From contig CAWCUS010000002.1 in the NCBI GenBank assembly GCA_963798845.1, positions 800,001-864,000 on the forward strand: DNA of 64,000 bases, written 5' to 3'. The notes below the pieces were generated by a model that saw only the letters and a program-made list of their open reading frames with translations, ran no database searches and was not told the DNA's origin. Below, piece after piece: positions 24,489 to 32,986 of this stretch. Position 1 is the first letter of the stretch. Every line of letters starts with the position of its first letter. This stretch comes from an uncultured Gemmatimonadales bacterium. Lineage in GTDB: Bacteria; Gemmatimonadota; Gemmatimonadetes; Longimicrobiales; RSA9. The position numbers were made by a program, and so were the translations under genes.

Positions 24489-24562
24489 ACCGCCACCTCT
24501 GCGGCGAGGGACATCTTGCGACCCGCGGAAAAGGGCGGGACGTCAGAGCGGGCGGGGCGATG

Positions 24563-24581
24563 GTGTGACGATCGTGTGACG
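24563..24581 (+). promoter_or_regulatory. Direct repeat with 11-bp period upstream of the SARP gene (candidate autoregulatory site)
   Basis: GTGTGACG-atc-GTGTGACG; same GTGACG core and period as the repeat at 22301-22319. Confidence 0.5.
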
Positions 24582-24702
24582 CCGGTTGAAATTAAACTCG
24601 CGCACGGGTTGCGCGGACGCAACACCGCTCCCGTCGGGGGCGAGGATGAGAAGGCGGTCGTGAGATCTCCATCTGGCGGCCGCCGTCGGCTATGTTGGAG
24701 GC

Positions 24703-25422
24703 GTGGGCGGTCCGAGGGATCAGCAGTTCCGGAGAATCGGATGGGAGAACGCAGGCGACGCACCGAACGGATCGGGCCCCGGGGACGCGGTCGTGGCTGA
24801 GCGCCATCCGGAGGGGGTGCGATCCGACATCCTCGACGAAGCGGGGGTGGAGGGCTGGGGTCGTCGCATCGGGGAAGCGGCGGTGGCCGGGGAGATCCGC
24901 CTGCCACTGGTGGTGGCGCTGCGCGGGCCGCTGGGCGCGGGGAAGTCGGTGCTGGCGCGCGCGGTGGCACGCGGGGCGGGCGTCGCGCAGCCAATGCCGT
25001 CGCCCACGTACAACCTCCTTTTCAGCTACGAGGCGAGCGGGGGGTTGAGGGTGCATCACCTGGACCTGTACCGGCTGGAGGACCCGGAGGACGTGTGGGA
25101 GCTGGGCTGGCAGGAGCTGGGTGACGGCGGAGAGATCGTGCTGATCGAGTGGCCGGACCGGGCGGAGTCGCTGCTGGCGCCGGACCGCTGGGAGGTGAGT
25201 CTGAGCTTCGCGCGGGCGTCGGAATCGGGAGCGGGCCCGTGGCCGGGCACGGACGCGGGCACGGACGCGGGCACGGACGCGGGCACGCACGGGCCCCGGG
25301 GCGCGAAGCCTGGCGGTCTGCGGCGGATCACGGTGGAGCGGGTGGGGGATGCGGCGGACGTGGTGCCCCTTCCGGGACCGGACCCGGGCTCGTCGGGTGG
25401 GGCCGGCGAGGAGGAGGCGGGG
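24703..25422 (+). CDS. tsaE: tRNA t6A ATPase TsaE (in frame with TsaB as read; start 24703 or 24793)
   Basis: LRGPLGAGKS, SPTYNL, HLDLYRL and LIEWPDR motifs. Confidence 0.93.
25244..25287 (+). repeat. In-frame 12-bp tandem repeat (CGGGCACGGACG x3 plus partial; GTDA repeats) in tsaE
   Basis: Directly visible in the sequence. Confidence 0.85.
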
Positions 25423-26100
25423 ATGATCAGTGTGGCGATCGAGACGGCCACGGCGGTGGGAAGCGTGGCGGTGGGGCGGGACGAGCGGGTGCTCGCGGAA
25501 GTGGCGATCGGGATCCAGTCCCGGCACGCGGAGAAGGTGCTGCCGGCGCTGGAGGCGGCGCTGGGGCTGGCCGGTGTATCGCGCGCCGAGATCGGCGAGG
25601 TGGTCGTGGGCGCGGGACCCGGTTCGTTCACGGGAGTGAGGGTGGCCGGGGCCACGGCCAAGGGGCTCGCGACGGCGCTGGATGTCCCGCTGGTCGCCTA
25701 CTCGAGCCTGCTGGCGCTGGCGGCGGGCGTGCCGTGGAACGGGCCGGTCTGCGCGCTGCTCGACGCGCGCCGGGGCGAGTGCTATGCGGGCGCGTGGCGC
25801 GTCGGCGAAGAAGAGCTGACGGTGCTGCTCGAGCCCGCCGTCGGGCCCGCGCAGCGCTTCGGCCCGGCGGCGCTGGGCAGGGGCGGCGAGGTCCTGTACG
25901 TGGGCGACGGGGCGGTGAAGTACGCAGCGGCGCTGCGGTCCGTGGGCGCTCGCGTCGGCTTGCCGGCGGCATTCCCGCGGGCGTCGGCGCTGCTCTGGCT
26001 GGCGGCATCGCATCGGTCCGCCGGCGAAGTGGACGACGTCGCCGCATGGGAGCCGGACTACGTGCGGAGGTCGAGCGCGGAGAGGGGGGTGCGCGGCTAG
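25423..26100 (+). CDS. tsaB: tRNA t6A modification protein TsaB
   Basis: AIETAT, HAE.VLP, VGAGPGSFTGVRV, DARRGE and EPDYVR motifs; own GAGGAGG RBS. Confidence 0.93.
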   Translation: MISVAIETATAVGSVAVGRDERVLAEVAIGIQSRHAEKVLPALEAALGLAGVSRAEIGEVVVGAGPGSFTGVRVAGATAKGLATALDVPLVAYSSLLALAAGVPWNGPVCALLDARRGECYAGAWRVGEEELTVLLEPAVGPAQRFGPAALGRGGEVLYVGDGAVKYAAALRSVGARVGLPAAFPRASALLWLAASHRSAGEVDDVAAWEPDYVRRSSAERGVRG

Positions 26101-26556
26101 ATGGCCAGCGTCGGGGAGATCGTGGTCCGTCGCATGACGGAGCGGGACCTGGGGGACGTCATGAGCATCGAGCGGGCGTCCTTCACGGTGCCGTGGACGC
26201 TCGGTACGTTCCTCGCGCTCCTGCGTCGCGAGGACGCCCACCTGTTCGTGGCGGAGCGGGGAGACGACATCGTGGGGTACGCGGCGCTGTGGATCGTGCT
26301 GGACCAGGCCGAGCTCGGGGACATCGCGGTGGCGGAAGGGAACCGTCGGCAGGGGATCGGCGCGCGCCTGCTGGCGGCCGTGTTCGAGTGCGTGGCCGAG
26401 CGCGGGGTGCGGGAGGTCTTCCTGGAAGTGCGGGTGTCGAATGCAAATGCGCGCAGCCTCTACACACGGCACGGCTTCGAGGAGGTCGGGCGGCGGCGGA
26501 ACTACTACACGTGGCCGCGGGAGGACGCGCTCGTCCTGAAGCGGGCGATGCGGTGA
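26101..26556 (+). CDS. rimI: Ribosomal protein S18 alanine N-acetyltransferase
   Basis: IERASFTVPW, RRQGIG, LEVRVSN, GRRRNYY and EDA motifs; follows tsaB. Confidence 0.92.
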   Translation: MASVGEIVVRRMTERDLGDVMSIERASFTVPWTLGTFLALLRREDAHLFVAERGDDIVGYAALWIVLDQAELGDIAVAEGNRRQGIGARLLAAVFECVAERGVREVFLEVRVSNANARSLYTRHGFEEVGRRRNYYTWPREDALVLKRAMR

Positions 26557-26641
26557 GGCCGGGCAGCCCGGCCGGTGAGGCCCGGGTCGAATGTGGCTGC
26601 ATTTCAATGGCTTCCCCGTCAGCCCGCGCCATTCATGTGCG

Positions 26642-26670
26642 TTGACACCGTCCCCGCGCTCGCCTAGCTT
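26642..26670 (+). promoter_or_regulatory. Sigma70-type promoter of the LysM-epimerase-tol-pal region
   Basis: TTGACA-N17-TAGCTT. Confidence 0.7.
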
Positions 26671-26790
26671 TGCCCTGTTCTCCCCACCGTAGAGGATGCC
26701 GCCCGGGGCGATCCGGTCACAGCCGTATCCCCAGGGAGACATCTGTGCGGCCCGCACGCGAAGAGGACCTGCTCTGGAAGGAGGGCCACC

Positions 26791-27933
26791 ATGAAACTGG
26801 TGACCGTGAGCCTCGTCGGGCTGCTGGTCGTGCTCCCGCTGAAGGCACAGGAACCGTCGGGAGCGCCGGTGCGGCCGGACACGGCGCCGGAGAAGCTGGC
26901 GCGGGAGCACGTGGTGAAGAAGGGGGACACGCTCTGGGACCTCGCGGGATTCTATTTCCACGACGCGTTCCGGTGGCCGATCATCTACCGGGCGAACACG
27001 TCGGTGGTGGAGGATCCGCACTGGATCTACCCGCGCGAGGTGCTGGTCATCCCGGGGCTGTACGAGTCGGTGGCGCGGGACGCCACCGTGGCCGAGGTTC
27101 GGCCGGTGGCGAGGGTTCGCGAGCAGCCGCTGCGGACCGTGTTCTACCGGCTTCCGCCGCCGCCCATGCAGCGGTCGAATCCGACGGTCCTGGGCGATCC
27201 GACGATGCGCCGGATCCCCGTGACCCCGGCGGAGTACGCCACCGCGCCCTTCGTGGCGGACCCGGAGGCGCTGACCCCGTATGGCCAGGTGATCCGGCCG
27301 CAGCGTCAGATGGGGGACGTCTCCGGGATCATCTCGACGGCGCATCCGAAGGACCTGCTCTACGTCTCGTACGCCTCGTCGGCGCGCCCGCGGATGGGCG
27401 ACCGGCTGCTGGTGGTGAACGTGGGCGAGCAGGTGCTCGGGGGCCGGGCGATGATCCCGGCGGGGATCGTGCAGGTGCTCCGGCTGGATGACGAAGTCAT
27501 GGAGACGCGCCTGGACGCGCAGTTCGACCCGGTGGAGCGGGGTCAGCTGGTGATTCCCCTCGAGATGTTCCCGGACTTCCTCGCCGAGGCGCCGGAGCCC
27601 GTGGAAGGGGGCGGCGACCTGGAAGGCCACCTGGTCCGGTTCGTGGACCGACAGGTGCTGTACGGCCCGACCGACCTCGGCTTCATCGACCTCGGCTCGC
27701 GCGACGGGGTCAGCGTCGGCGACGAGTTCGTGGCGTACGTCCCCTCGCGGGCGTCGCGCGCAGGCGGCGTCGGGGTATACGGGCACGACAGCGAGACGCT
27801 GCCGGCGCAGACGGTCGGCGTGCTGCGCGTGGTCCACGTCTCCGAGGCGTCGGCCACGGTGAAGGTGGACCAGGTGGTGGTCCCGGAGCTGGAGGACGGC
27901 ATGCAGGTCCGCCGGGTCCGCAAGATGCCATGA
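26791..27933 (+). CDS. Secreted LysM peptidoglycan-binding protein (TsaP-like)
   Basis: Signal peptide ending LKA-Q; HVVKKGDTLWDLA...WP.IY.AN...DPHWIYP LysM motif; beta-rich C-terminus. Confidence 0.85.
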   Translation: MKLVTVSLVGLLVVLPLKAQEPSGAPVRPDTAPEKLAREHVVKKGDTLWDLAGFYFHDAFRWPIIYRANTSVVEDPHWIYPREVLVIPGLYESVARDATVAEVRPVARVREQPLRTVFYRLPPPPMQRSNPTVLGDPTMRRIPVTPAEYATAPFVADPEALTPYGQVIRPQRQMGDVSGIISTAHPKDLLYVSYASSARPRMGDRLLVVNVGEQVLGGRAMIPAGIVQVLRLDDEVMETRLDAQFDPVERGQLVIPLEMFPDFLAEAPEPVEGGGDLEGHLVRFVDRQVLYGPTDLGFIDLGSRDGVSVGDEFVAYVPSRASRAGGVGVYGHDSETLPAQTVGVLRVVHVSEASATVKVDQVVVPELEDGMQVRRVRKMP

Positions 27934-27959
27934 GGATTTGAAGGACCGGGGCAGGCTGC

Positions 27960-27997
27960 ACGGCGGCCGCCGCTTCCCGGAGGCGGTGGGCCGCCGT
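27960..27997 (+). other. Strong GC hairpin downstream of the LysM gene (stabiliser or terminator)
   Basis: ACGGCGGCC-GCCGCTTCC pairs with GGAGGCGGT-g-GGCCGCCGT; no U-tract. Confidence 0.5.
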
Positions 27998-28091
27998 CGC
28001 ACATTCGAGATCCGGACACCTCGTCGCCGCGCCGGACCGCGCCCGGGAGGGTCGCGGCGGACGGGCGCAGACCATCCGAGAGAGGAGTGGC

Positions 28092-29045
28092 ATGGGTCGT
28101 AACGTGCTGGTGACAGGCGGGGCGGGATTCATCGGTAGCCACGTGGCGGACGCGTTCCTGGCGGAGGGAGACCGGGTCTGGATCGTGGACGACCTGTCCA
28201 GCGGTCGGGAGTCGAATCTCCCCGGCGGTGCGGAGTTCCACCGCATGGCGATCGGCGACGAGGGGCTGAGCGAGCTCTTCGACCGGATCCGCTTCGACGT
28301 GGTGGCCCACCACGCGGCCCAGATCGACGTTCGCGTCAGCGTGGCCGATCCGCGCCGGGACGCGCGCACGAACGTGGATGGGCTCCTGAACGTGCTGGAG
28401 AACGCTCGCCGGCACCGCAGCCGCGTGGTCTACATCAGCTCGGGCGGCGTGGTGTACGGGGAGCCCGACGTCCGGCCGACACCGGAAACCGCGCCGAAGC
28501 TGCCTGCGTCCCCGTACGGCGTGACGAAGCTGGCGGGGGAGCAGTATCTGTACTACTACGCCCGGGTCCACAGCCTGGAGTATGTGGCGCTCCGCTACTC
28601 GAACGTGTACGGTCCCCGTCAGGACCCGCACGGGGAGGCCGGAGTGGTGGCGATCTTCGGGACTCGGATCCTGGGCGGGCGCCCGCTCACCGTCTTCGGA
28701 GACGGGGAGCAGACGCGCGACTACGTGTTCGTGGGCGACGTCGTGGCCGCCAACCTGGTCGCGGCCTCACTGCCGGTCGGGCCGGTGGGAACCGATCTGG
28801 ACACGCGCGCCTACAACGTGGGGACCGGGATCGAGACGTCCGTGAACACGCTGGCGGCCGAGATCATGGCCGCGGGTGAACGGGATGTGGATGTGGAGCA
28901 CGCGGCGGCGCGCCCGGGCGAGCTGCTGCACTCGTCGCTGGACATTTCGAAGCTGGAGGCGGCCGGGTGGTCGCCCCGGACGGAACTCCGCGACGGGCTG
29001 CGTCGAACGCTGGAATACCTCGAACGGGAGACGGTGAGCCGGTGA
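28092..29045 (+). CDS. NAD-dependent epimerase/dehydratase (UDP-glucose 4-epimerase-like)
   Basis: VTGGAGFIGSH, YGVTK (YxxxK), RYSNVYGPRQ and GDGEQTRDYV motifs. Confidence 0.92.
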   Translation: MGRNVLVTGGAGFIGSHVADAFLAEGDRVWIVDDLSSGRESNLPGGAEFHRMAIGDEGLSELFDRIRFDVVAHHAAQIDVRVSVADPRRDARTNVDGLLNVLENARRHRSRVVYISSGGVVYGEPDVRPTPETAPKLPASPYGVTKLAGEQYLYYYARVHSLEYVALRYSNVYGPRQDPHGEAGVVAIFGTRILGGRPLTVFGDGEQTRDYVFVGDVVAANLVAASLPVGPVGTDLDTRAYNVGTGIETSVNTLAAEIMAAGERDVDVEHAAARPGELLHSSLDISKLEAAGWSPRTELRDGLRRTLEYLERETVSR

Positions 29046-29756
29046 ACCTGATGGCACAGGCGAGGCCCGGCATGCAAGGGCCCCTGGAGATGATCCTGGG
29101 CGGGACGATCTCGACGCAGATCATCCTCGTGGTGCTGGCGGTGTTCTCCCTAGCGAGCTGGGCGGTCATGTTCTGGAAGTGGGGGCAGTTCCGGAAGCTG
29201 CGGCGCCAGGGAGTGCGCTTCCTCGCCGTCATCGAGAAGACGCAGCGGCTGCGCGACGCGTACCGGACGCTCACCCGCCTCCCGGAGTCCCCGTACACGA
29301 GCGTGTTCCGGCAGGGCCTCACCTTCTTCGACGAGCTTCGGCCTGGCACGCTGACCGGTGAAGAGAAGGCGAGCGAAGGCCTGAGCGAGTCGCAGCTGCA
29401 GGCGCTCTGGCTGGTGCTGGAGAAATCCCAGGCCGACGAGCGCGACACCCTCGCCGCCGGCCTGCCCTGGCTGGCCGTGGTCGGCTCGGTCTCCCCTCTC
29501 CTCGGCCTGCTCGGCACCGTGATCGGCGTCATGAACGCCTTTCTCGGCATCAGCGCCGTCGGGAGCGCAAACATTGGCGCCGTCGCGCCGGGCGTGGCCG
29601 AAGCGCTCGTGACCACGGTAGCCGGCCTCACCGCCGCCATTCCGGCCGTGATCGGCTACAACCTGTTCGTGAGCCGGCTCAACGCGTTCGGCGGCGAGCT
29701 CGAAGGCTTCGCGTCGGAGTTCATTCGGGACTCTCGCGAAGGAGCGACTGCTTTGA
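29042..29756 (+). CDS. tolQ: TolQ/ExbB proton channel; apparent 1-nt insertion at ~29725 (as read, the ORF runs on to 30343)
   Basis: SPLLGLLGTVIGVM and VAPGVAEALVTTVAGL.AAIPA motifs; removing one base gives ...EFIGTLAKERLL* ending at 29756. Confidence 0.9.
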
Positions 29757-30340
29757 GGGGGGCTCGGCCGCTTCGCGGCCTCGCAGAGGGGCTCGGCCTG
29801 CGGCCTCGCAGAGGGGCTCGGCCTGCGGCCTCGCAGAGGGGCTCGGCCTGCGGCCTCGCAGAGGGGCTCGGCCTGCGGCCTCGCAGAGGGGCTCGGCTTT
29901 CGGCCTCGCAGAGGGGCTCGGCCTTCGGCCTCGCAGAGGGGCTCGGCCGCCTTGCGGCCTCGCAGGCAGGCTCGGCCTTGCGGCCTCGCAGGGCGAGCGC
30001 AGCGAGCCCCACCGCGAGGCGCAGCCGAGCGCCCCTGCGAGCGCAGCGAGCCCCTCTGCGAGGCGCAGCCGAGCCCCTCTGCGAGCGAAGCGAGCCCCTC
30101 TGCGAGCGCAGCGAGCCCCTCTGCGAGCGCAGCGAGCCCCTCTGCGAGCGCAGCGAGCCCCTCTGCGAGCGAAGCGAGCCCCTCTGCGAGCGCAGCGAGC
30201 CCCTCTGCGAGCGCAGCGAGCCCCTCTGCGAGCGCAGCGAGCCCCTCTGCGAACGCCGCGAGCCCCTCTGCGCGGCCGCGACGCGGCCGCGCCCCCCTGC
30301 GGCGCCGCAACGCGCCTGGCCCGCCGCCGGAGGCGCCCCC
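29757..30340. repeat. Fold-back element: 25-bp tandem array facing a 21-bp tandem array with the same core inverted; possible MITE
   Basis: TCGCAGAGGGGCTCG x7 perfect (starts 29781-29931, 25-bp period); CGAGCCCCTCTGCGA x10 perfect (starts 30047-30238, mostly 21-bp period); degenerate units near the axis ~29992; bounded by TGA-GGGGGG and CCCCC-TGA. Confidence 0.92.
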
Positions 30341-30342
30341 TG

Positions 30343-30783
30343 ATGTGGCGTGCCTCGAGCTCGAGCGGCCGGGCGTCGCTGCCGCTCACCGCGGACATCA
30401 ACGTCACGAGCCTGGTGGACGTGGCGTTCACGCTGCTGGTGATCTTCATCATCACGGCGCCGATCCTCCAGGGCGGGGTGGAGGTGGAGCTGCCGCGGGC
30501 GGAAGCGGGGCCGATCACGCAGGGCGAGGGGGTGATCGTGAGCATGGCGGCGGACGGCAAGATCTACCTCGACGACGCGCCCATGGCGTCGCGCGAGGAG
30601 TTCCTCCAGTTCTTCCCCCAGTACATGCAGGACAACGCGGGAGAGCCGGTGTTCGTGCGGGCGGACCGGAGCGTGGCGTACGGCGAGGTGATGCAGCTGT
30701 TCTCGCTGCTGCGGCAGCTGGACGTCGCGGAAGTGAACCTCGTGCTGGAGAGCCCGCCGCGGGAGCGGCGCGGCGGCGAGTGA
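30343..30783 (+). CDS. tolR: TolR/ExbD
   Basis: INVTSLVDVAFTLLVIFIITAP and VRADRSVAYG motifs. Confidence 0.92.
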   Translation: MWRASSSSGRASLPLTADINVTSLVDVAFTLLVIFIITAPILQGGVEVELPRAEAGPITQGEGVIVSMAADGKIYLDDAPMASREEFLQFFPQYMQDNAGEPVFVRADRSVAYGEVMQLFSLLRQLDVAEVNLVLESPPRERRGGE

Positions 30784-30802
30784 GCGGGAGGGAGTCGGCG
30801 CG

Positions 30803-31489
30803 GTGAGCGACCGTCGTCCGGGGGCGAAGCCGGTAGGGATCTCGGTGCTGCTGCACGTGGCGGTGCTGGTACCGGTGCTCGTCGTGGCTCGGCTACCGGA
30901 GCCGATCGAGTTCGAGACCGTGAAGATCCACCTGGTCTCGGCTCCGCCCGCCGCGGTGGCGAAGCCGGCGCCGGCGGTGGTCGAGACCGAGCCCGAGCCG
31001 GAGCCGGAAAAGCCGCCGCCGAAGGTGGAGCCGAAGCCGGAAGCGACGCCGGAGAAGAAGCCGCCGCCGGAGCCGGCGAAGAAAAGGGAAGAGCCGAAGC
31101 CGAAGGTCGAGAAGCGGCCGGAGACGGAGACGTCGGAGCCGAAGCCGGAGGCGCCGCCTGCCGACGTGAGTGGCCAGGGGCTGAACGTGGCCACGGAAGG
31201 GAAGGATTTCCCCTTCCCGGATTACCTGGAGAATGTGATCATCCAGATTCACCGCTATCTCCGGTGGGACGATCCAACCCAGCCGCAGATGCTGATCTAC
31301 TTCGAGATCACGTCGGACGGGTCGGTGCGGAACGTCCGCCCGTTGCGGCGCTCGGGGAACCCGGTGTTCGACTTCCGGGTGATGGGCGCGATCGAGGCGG
31401 CTTCGAACCGGAAGGCGTTCGGACCCCTCCCGGACGGGTACGCGGCGGACGTGCTGCCGATCCAGCTGGAGGTCGAGCCAGCGCATTGA
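30803..31489 (+). CDS. tolA: TolA/TonB-like energy transducer
   Basis: TM helix with S..LH motif, Pro/Glu/Lys-rich linker, C-terminal domain with SGN..FD and FGPLP. Confidence 0.8.
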   Translation: MSDRRPGAKPVGISVLLHVAVLVPVLVVARLPEPIEFETVKIHLVSAPPAAVAKPAPAVVETEPEPEPEKPPPKVEPKPEATPEKKPPPEPAKKREEPKPKVEKRPETETSEPKPEAPPADVSGQGLNVATEGKDFPFPDYLENVIIQIHRYLRWDDPTQPQMLIYFEITSDGSVRNVRPLRRSGNPVFDFRVMGAIEAASNRKAFGPLPDGYAADVLPIQLEVEPAH

Positions 31490-32934
31490 TGAGGAACACA
31501 GAAACCCGGGACGCGGGCGAGGCAGTGATCGAACGAAACGAGCGGGGCGCGGGACGGCGGGGCCAGGCGGCGGGACTCGTGCGATGGCTGGCGGCGGGGC
31601 TCCTCGCCCTTGCCGCGTGGCCGCTGGCCGCGGCGGCGCAGCGGCCGGACACGGCCATGCCGAAGGGCGTGCAGCTGAAGCTGACCTACGAGACGCGCTA
31701 CCGGCCCCGGCTCGCGGTGCCGGCGTTCACCGGACAGGACGTCGGCCCGGCGCTGGAAGAGGTGCACCGGATCGTGCAGCGGGACCTGGACTATTCCGAC
31801 CGGTTCCAGATGATGTTCACGATCCCCGAGCAGCTCCAGGACAACCCGGGGAACTACCCGGCGTGGAATTCCCTGAACGTGGTCTACCTCGTCACGGGGA
31901 CGATGGAGCGGGACGAGGCGGGCGGCTACGGCGTGCGACTGGCGCTGCACGACGTCGTTTACGGGGCCGTGAAGGAGATCCGGATGTTCCACCTGCCGGC
32001 CATGGACGCGGCGGGCTTCCGGATGGCCGTGCACGCGGCGAGCGATGAGGTGGTGCGCTGGGCCACGGGGGAGCCGGGGGACGCGGCGAGTCGCATCGCG
32101 CTCACGTACCAGCTGTCCGACCAGACGTACGAGCTCCTGCTCGTGGACTCGGACGGCGAGAACCTGCAGCGGCTCCAGTCGGCCCCGATGCTCTACTCCC
32201 CGGACTGGTCGGCGGACGGAAAGCGGCTGGCGTACAGCGCCGGCGACTACGCGGGTCATTATCGGATCGTGGAGCGGAACCTGGCGACGGGGGCCACGCG
32301 CACGGTCACGGAACGCGGCAGCCTGGCGCAGACGCCGGCCTATTCCCCCGATGGGACCCACATGGCCATGGCGTTGTGGATCGATCGCGGCATGGAGATC
32401 GAGGACTACGACGTCCGGCGGAACTGCTGCCTGCGTCGGCTCAGCCGGCGATCCAAGATCGACATGCACCCGTCGTACTCGCCGGACGGGCGCCAGATCG
32501 TTTTCCAGAGCGACCGGCTGGGCGCCCCGCACATCTTCACCATGCCGGCGGACGGAGGCGACGCCGTCCTCATCACGCCTTTCGAGAGCGGCGGGTCGGG
32601 CTACTACACGTCGCCCGAGTGGTCGCCGAAGAGCTCGCAGCTCGTCTTCCACGGTCGTTCCCGGGGCGGCGTCTTCCAGATCATGGTGGCGGACGCGCGG
32701 CGGCCGGGGGGCGCGGTGCAGCAGATCACGAGCGAGGGTCGCAGCGAGGACCCGAGCTGGGGGCCGGACGGCCGCCACATCGTGTTCAGCGGGGTGCGCG
32801 AGGATGGCATGGGCTTGTATGTTATAGACCTTGTCACCGGGAGGATCCGCCCCCTGGTGACGGGCGGACGTTACCGGATGCCCTCGTGGTCTCCGGTACT
32901 GGAGCAGGCGTCGGCGCTGACGGCGGCTCCCTGA
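31489..32934 (+). CDS. tolB: Tol-Pal beta-propeller protein TolB
   Basis: RDLDYSDRF N-domain; PDWSADG, PAYSPDG, PSYSPDG, PEWSP and PSWGPDG repeats; operon context. Confidence 0.88.
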   Translation: MRNTETRDAGEAVIERNERGAGRRGQAAGLVRWLAAGLLALAAWPLAAAAQRPDTAMPKGVQLKLTYETRYRPRLAVPAFTGQDVGPALEEVHRIVQRDLDYSDRFQMMFTIPEQLQDNPGNYPAWNSLNVVYLVTGTMERDEAGGYGVRLALHDVVYGAVKEIRMFHLPAMDAAGFRMAVHAASDEVVRWATGEPGDAASRIALTYQLSDQTYELLLVDSDGENLQRLQSAPMLYSPDWSADGKRLAYSAGDYAGHYRIVERNLATGATRTVTERGSLAQTPAYSPDGTHMAMALWIDRGMEIEDYDVRRNCCLRRLSRRSKIDMHPSYSPDGRQIVFQSDRLGAPHIFTMPADGGDAVLITPFESGGSGYYTSPEWSPKSSQLVFHGRSRGGVFQIMVADARRPGGAVQQITSEGRSEDPSWGPDGRHIVFSGVREDGMGLYVIDLVTGRIRPLVTGGRYRMPSWSPVLEQASALTAAP

Positions 32935-32986
32935 TCGAAGCGGTAGCGACAATCACCCGAGTGGAACCCGAACAGAGAGGAATGCG

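Noticed and set aside
24592..28002. Long antisense ORFs (this one, 40762-43998, 11117-13732, 52933-55305 and others)
   Set aside because: These are Arg/His/Pro-rich shadows of real genes, expected where stop codons are rare in high-GC DNA.
29757..30340. CRISPR array
   Set aside because: Units are contiguous 21-25-bp tandems with no unique spacers, the two halves are inverted, and there are no cas genes.
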